A stretch of DNA of 64,000 bases from Vicinamibacteria bacterium (GCA_963739995.1 CAVUCH010000017.1:203353-267352); one strand, 5' to 3'. Numbered from the stretch's first letter, positions 9,652-18,983 are shown. The notes: generated from the letters alone by a model not told the origin. Program-made: numbers and translations.

Positions 9652-10731
9652 ATGTCTGACAGTTTCGAAAACCTGCTCGCTCGCACGGAGCATCGGGAGG
9701 CCACGCCGGCCGGTTCGTGTCCCGATGCCGACGTGCTCGCGGCCTACCTCGACGCGACGCTCACGGTGCCGGAACGCGCCGGCGTCGAGGCGCACGCAGC
9801 CGATTGCGCCCGGTGCGCGCTCCAGCTGGCGACGCTCGTACGACTGGAGGACGTGTCCGGCAGCCCGCAGTATGCGCCCGCGCCCCGCTGGTGGTCACGG
9901 CTGGCATGGATGGTTCCAGCAGCCACGGCAGTCCTGGTTGTGGCAATCTATGTCGCCCTTCCGTCGCGTGATGTGCCCGAGGCGCCGGCGCGCCCCCGGA
10001 CGGCAACGTTGGACGATAGGCCCGAGCGGAAAGAGACCGAAGCTGCGCAGGCGCCCGCAGTGAGGGATCTCCTTGCTGCACGGCGGCCTCCAGTCCCGCC
10101 GATGAGCATGCCCGCACCTGTCGCAAAGAGCGTCCCGTCGGCAACGCCGGCGCCGGCGCCCGATGCCGGATGCCTTCACTTCCCAGAACCAGGCGAGCGA
10201 CGTCGCGCCGAGAGATCAGGAAGCTTCCCAGGACGCACGGATCACGGCCGGTCAGTTCGCGCGGAAACCGAGACACAAGCGCCCGCATCGGCGCCGCCGA
10301 GCGCAGCGGTCGTGCGGGAGAGCGTCGCCCAGCCCAGAGAAGAGGACGTGGCAATGCTCGGCGCTCCGAAAAGAGCAGATGACCGATTGCCGCTCGTGGT
10401 CGGTTCACCTGACGCGCGCGTCCTCTGGCGCGTCGTCGAGGATCGTATCCAGCGGACCACCGATGGCGGACGGACATGGCTCGCCGAGCGCACGCCGGCC
10501 GTCGACTCAATCACGATGGGCGGCGCCGCATCGTCGGACGTCTGCTGGATGGCCGCTGCCTCCGGCCAGGTGCTGCGGCGCACCGAGGACGGCAGCTGGA
10601 TGGACGTTTCACCGGCCCCGCGCATCTCCATCGTGCGCCTGGACGTCACCGCCTCGCTCGAAGCCACGGTCGTCGGTACCGACGGCACCGCCGTGAAGAC
10701 GTCGGACGGAGGGCGCACCTGGATGCGTTGA
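9652..10731 (+). CDS. Anti-sigma factor (zf-HC2), single TM helix, C-terminal BNR/Ycf48-like repeats
   Basis: CPDADVLAAYLDATL..HAADCARCALQL (zf-HC2 pattern). TM helix LAWMVPAATAVLVVAIYVAL. C-terminal TTDGGRTW / TSDGGRTW repeats. Sits directly downstream of the ECF sigma gene. Confidence 0.75.
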   Translation: MSDSFENLLARTEHREATPAGSCPDADVLAAYLDATLTVPERAGVEAHAADCARCALQLATLVRLEDVSGSPQYAPAPRWWSRLAWMVPAATAVLVVAIYVALPSRDVPEAPARPRTATLDDRPERKETEAAQAPAVRDLLAARRPPVPPMSMPAPVAKSVPSATPAPAPDAGCLHFPEPGERRRAERSGSFPGRTDHGRSVRAETETQAPASAPPSAAVVRESVAQPREEDVAMLGAPKRADDRLPLVVGSPDARVLWRVVEDRIQRTTDGGRTWLAERTPAVDSITMGGAASSDVCWMAAASGQVLRRTEDGSWMDVSPAPRISIVRLDVTASLEATVVGTDGTAVKTSDGGRTWMR

Positions 10732-10834
10732 CGAGTCCGCGCGCAATCCGCTCTCACCTACCCTGCAAGATTCTGCTTCCCGCTCGTTCTCTCCTCGAAC
10801 CGCCCGCACCGGAGCGGCTCTGGAGGAAACAGAG

Positions 10835-12307
10835 ATGCGTCCCTTCTCACACCTTGCCTTCGCCGTCCTCACGGTCTTCGCTGCTGCAGCGCCCGCAACA
10901 CGCACGGCGGGAACCGCCACTGCGTCCGGTGCCGGGACGACGGCCCCGACTGCCACGCTCGAGGACCAGGTCGATCTCGCGGTGACCGTCTACAACTCGA
11001 ACGTGGCCCTCGTGCGCGACGTCCGGCGGGTGACCCTGCCTGCAGGCGTGACGGACCTGCGGCTCCTCGACATCGCGGCCACCGTCAATCCCGCAACTGT
11101 GCACGTCCGCTCCCTGACCGAACCGTCGCGCCTGGGTGTGCTCGAGCAGAACTACCAGTTCGACCTGCTCAATCCCGATCGCCTGCTCCACAAGTACATC
11201 GGGCGCGACGTCAAGCTGCTGCGCCGGTACGACGAGAACGGCACCACACGGGAGCGCGAGGTCACGGCCCGCCTCCTCGCGTACAACGAGGCGCCCGTGT
11301 GGCTGATCGACGGCGAGATCGTCACCGGCCTGCACGCAGACCAGTTGCGCTTTCCTGAGATCCCGCCGAACCTCCACAGCCGTCCAACCCTCGTCTGGCG
11401 GCTAGACAACACGGGGGCCTCACGGCACCGGCTCGAGACGTCATACCTCGCCGGCAACATGGACTGGACGGCCGACTACGTGCTCACCGTCGGGCGTGAC
11501 GACGCGCGCGCCGATCTCGACGGGTGGGTTACCGTCTCGAACACGAGCGGCACGTCGTATCGCCAGGCGAGCCTGCAGCTCGTGGCCGGCGAGCTGCACC
11601 GCGTGCCGGAGACGCGCGCGAAGCTGGAAGAGCAGATGGAGCGCAGAGCCAGTGTGGCGCTCGATGCAGCCGCATTCGCCCGCGAGACGTTCTCCGAATA
11701 CCACTTGTACACGCTGGGCCGCCGCACATCGCTGGCGGAGAACGAAACAAAGCAGATTGCGCTCCTGAACACCAGCGGCGTCCCAGTGCGGAAACGATTC
11801 GTCGTGAACGGCCAGCAGTTCTACTACCGCAACCGGCAGGAGCCGGGCGCGCCGCTGCGCGACGACGTGGCGGTGCATTACACGTTCCGGAACGACGAGC
11901 CGTCCCGGCTCGGCATGCCGATGCCGGCAGGTACGGTGCGCGTCTATCAGGCAGACTCGAAAGGCGGATTGCAGTTCGCGGGCGAGGACCGCATCGACCA
12001 CACGCCGAAGGACGAGGAGCTCACACTGCACATCGGCACTGCCTTCGACCTCGTGTGCGACCGAAAGCAGACCGACTTCACCCGCGTCGCTGACAACGTG
12101 TACGAGCTCGCGTTTGCGATCGCGCTCCGCAACCACAAGACCGCACCGGTGACCGTCGAGGTGAACGAGCCCATCGCCGGAGACTGGCGCATGATCAGCT
12201 CGTCACACAACGCGACCAAGACCGACGCGTTCGCCGCCAGGTTCGTAATACCGGTGGCTGCAGGCGGCGAGACGTTGCTGACCTACCGCGTGCGCGTGAG
12301 GTGGTGA
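10835..12307 (+). CDS. DUF4139-family secreted protein
   Basis: Signal peptide, then LAVTVYNSNVALVRDVRRVTLPAGV..., SYLAGNMDWTADYVL and GWVTVSNTSGTSY, which are typical DUF4139 strings. GGAGGA lies 7 nt before the ATG. Confidence 0.75.
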   Translation: MRPFSHLAFAVLTVFAAAAPATRTAGTATASGAGTTAPTATLEDQVDLAVTVYNSNVALVRDVRRVTLPAGVTDLRLLDIAATVNPATVHVRSLTEPSRLGVLEQNYQFDLLNPDRLLHKYIGRDVKLLRRYDENGTTREREVTARLLAYNEAPVWLIDGEIVTGLHADQLRFPEIPPNLHSRPTLVWRLDNTGASRHRLETSYLAGNMDWTADYVLTVGRDDARADLDGWVTVSNTSGTSYRQASLQLVAGELHRVPETRAKLEEQMERRASVALDAAAFARETFSEYHLYTLGRRTSLAENETKQIALLNTSGVPVRKRFVVNGQQFYYRNRQEPGAPLRDDVAVHYTFRNDEPSRLGMPMPAGTVRVYQADSKGGLQFAGEDRIDHTPKDEELTLHIGTAFDLVCDRKQTDFTRVADNVYELAFAIALRNHKTAPVTVEVNEPIAGDWRMISSSHNATKTDAFAARFVIPVAAGGETLLTYRVRVRW

Positions 12308-12376
12308 GGCACACACGGCATAGAGGCTGCAGACGCAATGAGGATCGGGAGATTTCATCCACTCTGGAGGCCACGG

Positions 12377-13612
12377 ATGCCACACTCACTGCGCGATCTG
12401 TATATCGAGGAACTGCAAATCCTCTACTCTGCAGAACAGCAGATCATCGACGCCCTGCCGCAGCTCGCCTCGGCAGCCACATCGCCGGAGCTCGAGCGCG
12501 CATTCACGGAGCATCTCGAGCAGACGACAGTTCATCGCGAGCGCCTGGACCTCATCCTGAAGAGCCTGAACGCCCAGCGGCGCGGCGACCAGTGTGAAGG
12601 GATGGCAGGGCTCATCAAGGAAGGGCGAGAACGGTTGCGGCAGGACAGCCCGAGCGACGTCAAGGACGCAGCGCTCATCTCGGCGGCGCAGCGCGTCGAG
12701 CACTACGAGATTGCGGGCTATGGGACCGCCCGCACGTACGCCGGCCTGCTCGGCGATTGGGAAGGCGAACGCCTCCTGCAGCAGACGCTCGACGAGGAGG
12801 GCGCGACGGACCAGCGGCTGACGGACTTGGCGACGAGCGGCATCAACCAGGACGCGGGCGACCGCGACGATGCCGGCGGAGGACGCCAGTGGTCACGCCT
12901 CCGGTACCTGGACGTGGACGACCTGGACAGCACGATGGACTACCGCAAGCTGACGATTCGCGGCCGTGCCGGGGAGGATCTCGGTTCGCTGGATGGGTTT
13001 GTGGTCGAAACGGTCAACTGCCGTCCCGTGTACTACGTCATCGATTCCGGCGGCTGGTTCATGGGCCGCCGGTATCTAGTCCCCGTCGGCCGGGCGACCC
13101 TCGAGGCCACGAGCAACGCGCTGGTGGTCGACGTCGACCGCGACACGATCAGGTCCTATCCGGAGTTCAGCACGACCGCGTTCATGGCGATGTCGGACGA
13201 CGAGATACGGCGCTATGAGCGCCGCGTCCTGCACACGATCAACCCGAACGCGTCGGCGTCCACGACCTTCTGGGAGTCCTACGACCGGCTTCCCGACTAT
13301 TCGCAGCCGGACTGGCTGCGTCCGGTCGCCCGCCAGCGGACACGCGATCGCCTCGAGAGCCTTGCCTCGCCGGACCGCGACTGGCGCGGCCCGGACAGAC
13401 GCACAGCGGAAGGCGGCACTGGCGCCACGACCGACTGGTCGCCCGCCGCGACGGTCCGCACACCGGACGGGCGCCTCGAGGAACACGTCGTTGCGCAACA
13501 GGATGAGTGGCGGCGGGATCCGCGCGACAACACGCGCGACGATGCGGGCCAGCGTATACGGGACAGCCGTGCACCGGAGCGCATCGACCACGACGACGAT
13601 CTCGCGCGGTAG
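12377..13612 (+). CDS. YciE/DUF892 ferritin-like domain fused to a PRC-barrel domain and an R/D-rich tail
   Basis: The ATG at 12377 follows GGAGG. N-terminal DUF892 strings (SLRDLYIEELQILYSAEQQIIDALPQLA..., AAQRVEHYEIAGYGTA). Middle segment is PRC-barrel-like (LDGFVVETVNCRPVYYVIDSGGWFMGRRYLVPVG). Low-complexity C-terminus. Confidence 0.8.
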   Translation: MPHSLRDLYIEELQILYSAEQQIIDALPQLASAATSPELERAFTEHLEQTTVHRERLDLILKSLNAQRRGDQCEGMAGLIKEGRERLRQDSPSDVKDAALISAAQRVEHYEIAGYGTARTYAGLLGDWEGERLLQQTLDEEGATDQRLTDLATSGINQDAGDRDDAGGGRQWSRLRYLDVDDLDSTMDYRKLTIRGRAGEDLGSLDGFVVETVNCRPVYYVIDSGGWFMGRRYLVPVGRATLEATSNALVVDVDRDTIRSYPEFSTTAFMAMSDDEIRRYERRVLHTINPNASASTTFWESYDRLPDYSQPDWLRPVARQRTRDRLESLASPDRDWRGPDRRTAEGGTGATTDWSPAATVRTPDGRLEEHVVAQQDEWRRDPRDNTRDDAGQRIRDSRAPERIDHDDDLAR

Positions 13613-13732
13613 ATCGGGGAACTGGCGCGGGCACCAAGGCAAGGTCGGTGATGCCCGGGGCGCTTCGGCCGCCGGGCCTACACCGACCGCCTGCACCGAC
13701 ATTGTGGGCCGAGGTGCCCCGGATCGGGCGGC

Positions 13733-14854
13733 GTGCTACTCTCCCGCGACAGGAGGGCCCGACCACCGGTGGCAAAGCTTCCCAGGCGCGCGCGCGGCCG
13801 GCACAACGAGATCGTCCGGCAATGGGAGATCATCCGTACGCTCGAAGAGTCGACGCACGGCAAGTCGCTCCGGGCGCTGGCCGAGCAGCTGTCTGTGACC
13901 CAGCGGACGATCCGCCGGGATCTGGAAGTGATCGAACGCGCCGGCTTCATGCTCGATCAGATCACGGTCGACGACGAGCGGCGGTGGATCCTGAAGCGTG
14001 ACTTCTTCAGCGGCGTCGCCGCCCGCGGGTTCACGTTGTCGGAGATGTGCGCGCTGTATTTCAGCCGCTCGCTGCTGGAGTGCTTCGGAGGCGCGCCGTT
14101 CCATGAGGATCTGACCCGCGCGTTCGACAAAATCGAGAACGCGCTCCCGCCTGGCCTCTGGCGTTACATCGAGCAGTTGCCTGCGGTGCTCGGCAGCAAG
14201 GCCGATCGGCCCAAGAAGCGCGGAACGAACGTGCCCGCCTACCTCGCACGTCTCACTGATGCCGTGCTCGATCACAAGCGGATCGTCATGCGCTACGAGT
14301 CGTTTTCCAGCCAGGCGATCAAGGACTACCGGATTGAGCCGCATCGGCTTGTGTACGGCCAGGGCGGCCTGTACCTCCACGCGTTCGTGCCGATCTACGG
14401 GGAGATGCGGACCTTCGCCGTCGAGCGGATCAAGCACCTGTCGACGCTCGATGAGGTGTTCGAAGCACGCGCGGACGTCGGCTCCGACGTGTTCCCGCAC
14501 TCCATGGGCGTCTACAGCGGCCGGCCCGAACACGTCGTCCTCGAGTTCACGGCGAAGATGGCGCCGTACGTCCTCGAGCGTGAGTGGCACCGGACACAGA
14601 CCGTCGACAAGCGGCCGGACGGGTCCTTGCGCCTCACCATCCAGGTCTCAGTGGACTGGGCGCTGCGCAACTGGATTCTGAGCTTCGGCGGCGACGTGCG
14701 TGTCGTCGAACCCAGGCCGCTGGCGGAACAGATCCTCGATCAGCTCGAAGAAGCGCGACGCCAGTACGCGCCGCAGCTGGACTTCGACGTGGCGGACGCC
14801 CCCGTGTCCGCGCTGGACTCCTCAACCCAGCGCCGCCTGCTCCGCGTGAAATAA
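13733..14854 (+). CDS. WYL-domain transcriptional regulator (HTH + WYL + C-terminal extension)
   Basis: HTH (SLRALAEQLSVTQRTIRRDLEVIERAGF). WYL core (RIVMRYESFSSQAIKDYRIEPHRLVYGQGGLYLHAFVPIYGEMRTFAVERI). Start uncertain: GTG at 13733, or GTG at 13769 after AGGAGG. Confidence 0.8.
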   Translation: MLLSRDRRARPPVAKLPRRARGRHNEIVRQWEIIRTLEESTHGKSLRALAEQLSVTQRTIRRDLEVIERAGFMLDQITVDDERRWILKRDFFSGVAARGFTLSEMCALYFSRSLLECFGGAPFHEDLTRAFDKIENALPPGLWRYIEQLPAVLGSKADRPKKRGTNVPAYLARLTDAVLDHKRIVMRYESFSSQAIKDYRIEPHRLVYGQGGLYLHAFVPIYGEMRTFAVERIKHLSTLDEVFEARADVGSDVFPHSMGVYSGRPEHVVLEFTAKMAPYVLEREWHRTQTVDKRPDGSLRLTIQVSVDWALRNWILSFGGDVRVVEPRPLAEQILDQLEEARRQYAPQLDFDVADAPVSALDSSTQRRLLRVK

Positions 14855-14856
14855 AT

Positions 14857-14903
14857 GAGATCGGGAGGTGTTTCGCAAAAATTGCGAAACACCTCCCGAT
14901 CTC
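14857..14903. repeat. Palindromic element, copy 1 (22-bp perfect arms, 3-nt loop)
   Basis: gagatcgggaggtgtttcgcaa-aaa-ttgcgaaacacctcccgatctc. It begins 3 nt after the WYL stop codon (14852-14854). Confidence 0.95.
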
Positions 14904-14925
14904 AATTGCAGAATCTGAGCGGTCG

Positions 14926-16218
14926 ATGCGCAGTCTGATTGCCCTGTTGCTACTGGTAGCGGCCCTCAGCCAGGCTCCCGGCCGCGCCCTCGTCCTCGAT
15001 CGCGCCCGCCTGATTGATGGCACCGGACGGCCACCGCTCCCCGAAGCGCGAATTGTCGTGGAAGGGGATCGCATCACGGCGGTGGGACCGATGGCCAGCG
15101 TACCGGCGCCCGAGGGCGCCGATCACGTCGATCTCGCCGGTCGCACGATGCTGCCCGGCCTGATAGACGCGCACTTCCACATCGAGAACCGCCCGCCCGA
15201 CCCGAAGCTGGCGCTGCACCAGCTCGCGAACGGCGTCACCGCGTTCCGCGACCCTGGCCAGTGGAACGAATACTTCGATGGCCTGCAGCAGATCATGAGA
15301 CGGGACGGCCTGGAGGGACCACGCATCCACACGGCCGGCCCGCACATCGACGGACCGGGACCGACGCCGTATCCGAACGACTCCGTGATCGCACGCGATG
15401 CCGAGGAGGCACGGCACTTCGCCGAGCGAGGGATCGCGCAGGGTGCAACGGCGATCAAGATCTACTTCCGCCTGCCGCTCGGCAGCGCACAAGCGGTCAT
15501 CGACGTCTGCCGCACACGCGGCGTGGTCTCGACGGCGCACCTCGAGGGCCTCGAGGCGGGCGCGCTGTTCGAATACGGCCTCGACGGCGTGGAGCACATC
15601 ACGTCGCTCGGACCGAGCCTGCTTCCCCAGGGCGCACGCGAGCAGTACCGGCAGGCGGTGCTCGCCAACAACGCCGCGCGCACCGAGGGGCGCTACGCCG
15701 TGTTCGCCGGCCTCGATCTCGACAGCGCGGATGCGCGGGCGCTCTGGGACGTGATCGGCAGACGGCACCCCTTCATCGACCCCACTCTTGCGGTGTTCGA
15801 GCGGCGCCCCCGCGTCTCTGAAGACAAGGCGAAGCCGGAGGTCGTGGCGACCCGGGCCGCAGGGTTCCAGAACATGCTGCGGGCGACGCGCCGTGCGTTC
15901 GAGGCCGGCGCGCGGATCGTGGTGGGCGGGCACACGACCGTGCCGTTCGCCGGGCGTGGAGAAGCGCCGTGGCGTGAGATTGAGCTGCTGGTCCAGGCCG
16001 GACTCACCCCGATGCAGGCGCTGCAGGCAGCGACCGCGAACGGCGCGGCGTTCCTGGGACGCTCCCGCGACCTTGGCACCGTCGAGCCGGGCAAGCTCGC
16101 GGATCTTGTCGTCCTCACAGGCGATCCGCTCACGCGCATCTCGGACATCCGCACCGTCGAGCGCGTCCTCGCCGGCGGCGCCTGGATAGACGTGCAGAAG
16201 TACCGTCGAGAGCAATGA
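14926..16218 (+). CDS. Amidohydrolase-family metallohydrolase, secreted
   Basis: Signal peptide MRSLIALLLLVAALSQAPG. HxH metal motif (GLIDAHFHI). C-terminal GKLADLVVLTGDPL, typical of the amidohydrolase superfamily. Confidence 0.85.
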   Translation: MRSLIALLLLVAALSQAPGRALVLDRARLIDGTGRPPLPEARIVVEGDRITAVGPMASVPAPEGADHVDLAGRTMLPGLIDAHFHIENRPPDPKLALHQLANGVTAFRDPGQWNEYFDGLQQIMRRDGLEGPRIHTAGPHIDGPGPTPYPNDSVIARDAEEARHFAERGIAQGATAIKIYFRLPLGSAQAVIDVCRTRGVVSTAHLEGLEAGALFEYGLDGVEHITSLGPSLLPQGAREQYRQAVLANNAARTEGRYAVFAGLDLDSADARALWDVIGRRHPFIDPTLAVFERRPRVSEDKAKPEVVATRAAGFQNMLRATRRAFEAGARIVVGGHTTVPFAGRGEAPWREIELLVQAGLTPMQALQAATANGAAFLGRSRDLGTVEPGKLADLVVLTGDPLTRISDIRTVERVLAGGAWIDVQKYRREQ

Positions 16219-16415
16219 TCGATGCGACGGCACACCGTACGTGGCGGCGACTAGGCTGCAAGGTATAGCCACACGGCCCGGCTTCCGAGCACGCCCGTAC
16301 GGGCCCTGACGTCTCGCTCGAGCTTTCGCACGAGGCGCCGCACCGCGCGGCTCCTTCGACAGCACTACGAGTTACGATAGCGGGCCGGTCATTCCATATT
16401 GTCTAGAGCCGATGC

Positions 16416-16946
16416 CTACGTACGGGCGTCCATACGCGCCGCGTTCCGACTCTCCCACTCACGCCAGAAATGAATCAGGTCCATGCTCTTCGGCGGTGCC
16501 GCCCCCAGTTGGCGCAGCATCGTCGTGACCTGCCCGCGATGGTACGTGGCATGGTTGACCACATGCTGCACCATCTGTTGCAACGTGGACTCTCCAGCCG
16601 CCCCGCTCAGCAGGGTGTAGGCGAAGCGGCGCGTGGGTCCCTCCGGGCCGGCCGACGCGAGGAACGTGTGCATGCGAGCCTCATGTTCGACCCACGCGCC
16701 GCGAAGGCTCGCAACGTCGGGGAACATGTCCGCGGGCAGCAGCGCGGTGGGCGACCGTCCTTCCCATCGCGAGTGCCACGCCCACTCGGCTGAGTAGGTG
16801 TGCACCAGGGTGGCGTGGATTGAGGGAAAGCTGCTGGAGAGGTTGCGCCCGTACTGCTCGTCCGTGAGCGGCGTCACCGCGTCGAGGATGCGGTCGCGCG
16901 CCCAGTAGTGGTACTCGAGCAACTGGTGGAGATCATCGATCGTCAT
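16416..16946 (-). CDS. DinB-family protein
   Basis: MTIDDLHQLLEYHYWARDRILDAV and the ending VVNHATYHRGQVTTMLRQLG are DinB/YfiT-like four-helix-bundle strings. The ATG at 16946 overlaps the upstream TGA (TGATG). Confidence 0.85.
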   Translation of the reverse strand: MTIDDLHQLLEYHYWARDRILDAVTPLTDEQYGRNLSSSFPSIHATLVHTYSAEWAWHSRWEGRSPTALLPADMFPDVASLRGAWVEHEARMHTFLASAGPEGPTRRFAYTLLSGAAGESTLQQMVQHVVNHATYHRGQVTTMLRQLGAAPPKSMDLIHFWREWESRNAARMDART

Positions 16947-18161
16947 CACCCGCTCCTCTCCCGCGGCGCAGCGGACGCCGCAGGCCCGGTCGGCGCTGAG
17001 GCGACACCTATCCGCGAATCGCCCATTCCGTAATACAGCAGCCATCGTCCATCGAAGTGCACGAGGCCCTCGACGAAGCACACGTTCTCAACCTGGCCGG
17101 TGATTTCGTGCGCAGTGCGCACGCTGATGAAGGGCTCCGTGGTTCTCCCGATCAGGGCGCCGGGCGCCTGCGAGTCGAACAGGGCTTGCCCGCCCGAATA
17201 GGCCATCTCCGGCAGCTGCGGATCACCAGCCTCGCTGCTTGTTTGCGCCGTTGTACAGCAGCAGGATTCCGTGTGGCGTCAGCATCGGCGGAGGCCCGGG
17301 CTCGACGAGGGCGCTGTCGAACCTGCGCCGGCGAGGCGCCAGCGCCGAGACCAGTGTCGGGTGATTTGCGGCGATCTGCCCCGCCCCCAGCGGCCGCTCG
17401 ACCGGCGTCCACTCCACCAGGTTGTCGGACGTGGCGACGAAGACGTCCGTGTCGCCCCAGTACATCCAGTATCGCCCGTCGATCCGCGCGGCGACGGGAC
17501 GTCCACCGCGTGATTCGCACACGATCGCGCCGGACTTCGACCACAGGTCGCGATACCGGCCCTGGCCTGCCCTGCCAAACGCGAGCCCGTGCTTGTTCCA
17601 GGTGACGAGGTCGGTCGATGTGGCGACGCACAGGCGCGCGGTAGTGCCGTCGTACGCCGTGTACGTCAGGACATAGCGGCTGTCGGCGGTTTCGACGACC
17701 CGCGGATCCTCACAGCCGCCTTCCCATTCGAACTGACGCAGCGCGTCGTTGTCGGGATACAGCACCGGAGTGGCCCGGCGTTCGAAATGCAGGCCGTCCC
17801 GGCTCGTTGCGAGCCCGAGCCGGGACGTGCCCGCCGGGCGGCCGACGCTGTCCTGCGCCCGATAGAGCAGGTGCACGAGCCCGTTGCGCACCACGGCGGC
17901 GGGGTTGAAGACGTCCTTCTCCTCCCAGTTCACCTCACGGCGGGCCACCGGGCAGATGAACCGTGTCTCTGCGCGCGGGATCAGGATCGGCCGGCCCCGC
18001 AGCTCGCGTGTGAACGGGCCGATCGTCCATGGCGGCTCGGTGCGGCTCGGTGCAGTGCCCTGATGCCGGACGGGTGGATCGGCCGCGAGCGCCGGCGCGC
18101 GGGTCACCAGCGGCACGGCGGCGCAGGCGCGGAGCCAGTCACGACGCGAGAGCGCAGCCAT
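16946..18161 (-). pseudogene. GH130-family glycoside phosphorylase/hydrolase with Tat signal; reading frame broken once near 17230
   Basis: N-terminal part is 17223..18161 (Tat motif MAALSRRDWLRACAA; DVFNPAAVV; CEDPRV; LLLYNGANKQRGW then stop). The C-terminal part continues in another frame, 16946..17230 (AGDPQLPEMAYSGGQALFD...VCFVEGLVHFDGRWLLYYGMGDSRIGVA). The junction is at a GG run. Confidence 0.75.
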
Positions 18162-18264
18162 GCGCGCATGGTAGCGCAGCCGGCGCAGAACACGGCCTCA
18201 TCTCAGAACGAAGCAGTCCCGGGCGGGCTTCATTGGCCGCCGCGAGCTCGCCGAGTAGACGAGC

Positions 18265-18975
18265 TCAGCGCAAAGCGCCAGCTGCCCACTGCACGGCGTT
18301 ACGAACGAGCGCACGGTAGCCCCCGTCACGGTGTGCCTCCGAGCCGTGCCCAAGCTGTATGTACACGACACGCGCGCCGCGATAGGCGCTGATCCATGCG
18401 ACCGGACCATCGCTCGTCGGATGGCTCGTTGCGAGCAGCACCGTGTTGGTCGGCGCGATCCACATGCCCTTGTACGTTTCGTCGTGGATGCGCGTGGGTG
18501 TCAGTCGCCTGGTGACCGCATGGGGTGTCACAACCCTCAAATCGATCTCCTGATCGTGCAGGTAGGTAGACGCGGGCGTGCCGCCCTGCGCCTTCTCGAA
18601 GTACTGACCTCCGATCAGCTCCCGGTACCACGCCCAGCCGGGATAGCTGACGATCGCGTGGTGCAGCGCGACCACCCCGCCGCCGCTCTCGACGAATTGC
18701 CGGAAGTGTGCCATCCCCGTGGAGGAGAGCGATGGCGACATGTCGTATAGCACGAGGGTGTCGTAACGGCCGCGCAGATCGCGCCGGAACGCCTCCTCGT
18801 TCGACACCGCGTGGTCCCACGCGAGGCCGTCCTGTTCGAAGACACTGTAGAAGGACGTCGGATACTCGTGGCCGCCGGTCACCACGAGCAGGCGCACGGG
18901 CGTCGTCGCGGCAGACGTGGCGAAGGCACACGCGAGCGCGAGCACCACGAGGAGAACGGTGATCCGGCGCGGCAT
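18265..18975 (-). CDS. ThuA-domain protein (secreted)
   Basis: Signal peptide, then VRLLVVTGGHEYP, GGGVVALHHA and VVYIQLGH, which are characteristic ThuA strings. Confidence 0.85.
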   Translation of the reverse strand: MPRRITVLLVVLALACAFATSAATTPVRLLVVTGGHEYPTSFYSVFEQDGLAWDHAVSNEEAFRRDLRGRYDTLVLYDMSPSLSSTGMAHFRQFVESGGGVVALHHAIVSYPGWAWYRELIGGQYFEKAQGGTPASTYLHDQEIDLRVVTPHAVTRRLTPTRIHDETYKGMWIAPTNTVLLATSHPTSDGPVAWISAYRGARVVYIQLGHGSEAHRDGGYRALVRNAVQWAAGALR

Positions 18976-18983
18976 GCAGCGAA

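Noticed and set aside
8421-9704. 427-aa minus-strand ORF
   Set aside because: It is the antisense shadow of the ECF sigma gene, with no motifs and a junk-like composition.
12377-16218. Defence island centred on the WYL regulator
   Set aside because: No nuclease, helicase, ATPase, methyltransferase or toxin partner lies adjacent. The neighbours are a stress-type ferritin-like fusion and a secreted amidohydrolase.
18032-18051. 10-bp tandem repeat gcggctcggt x2 inside GH130
   Set aside because: The unit is not a multiple of three, yet the frame is continuous and sensible on both sides (Tat signal upstream, GH130 body downstream). It is therefore not a recent frame-disrupting duplication.
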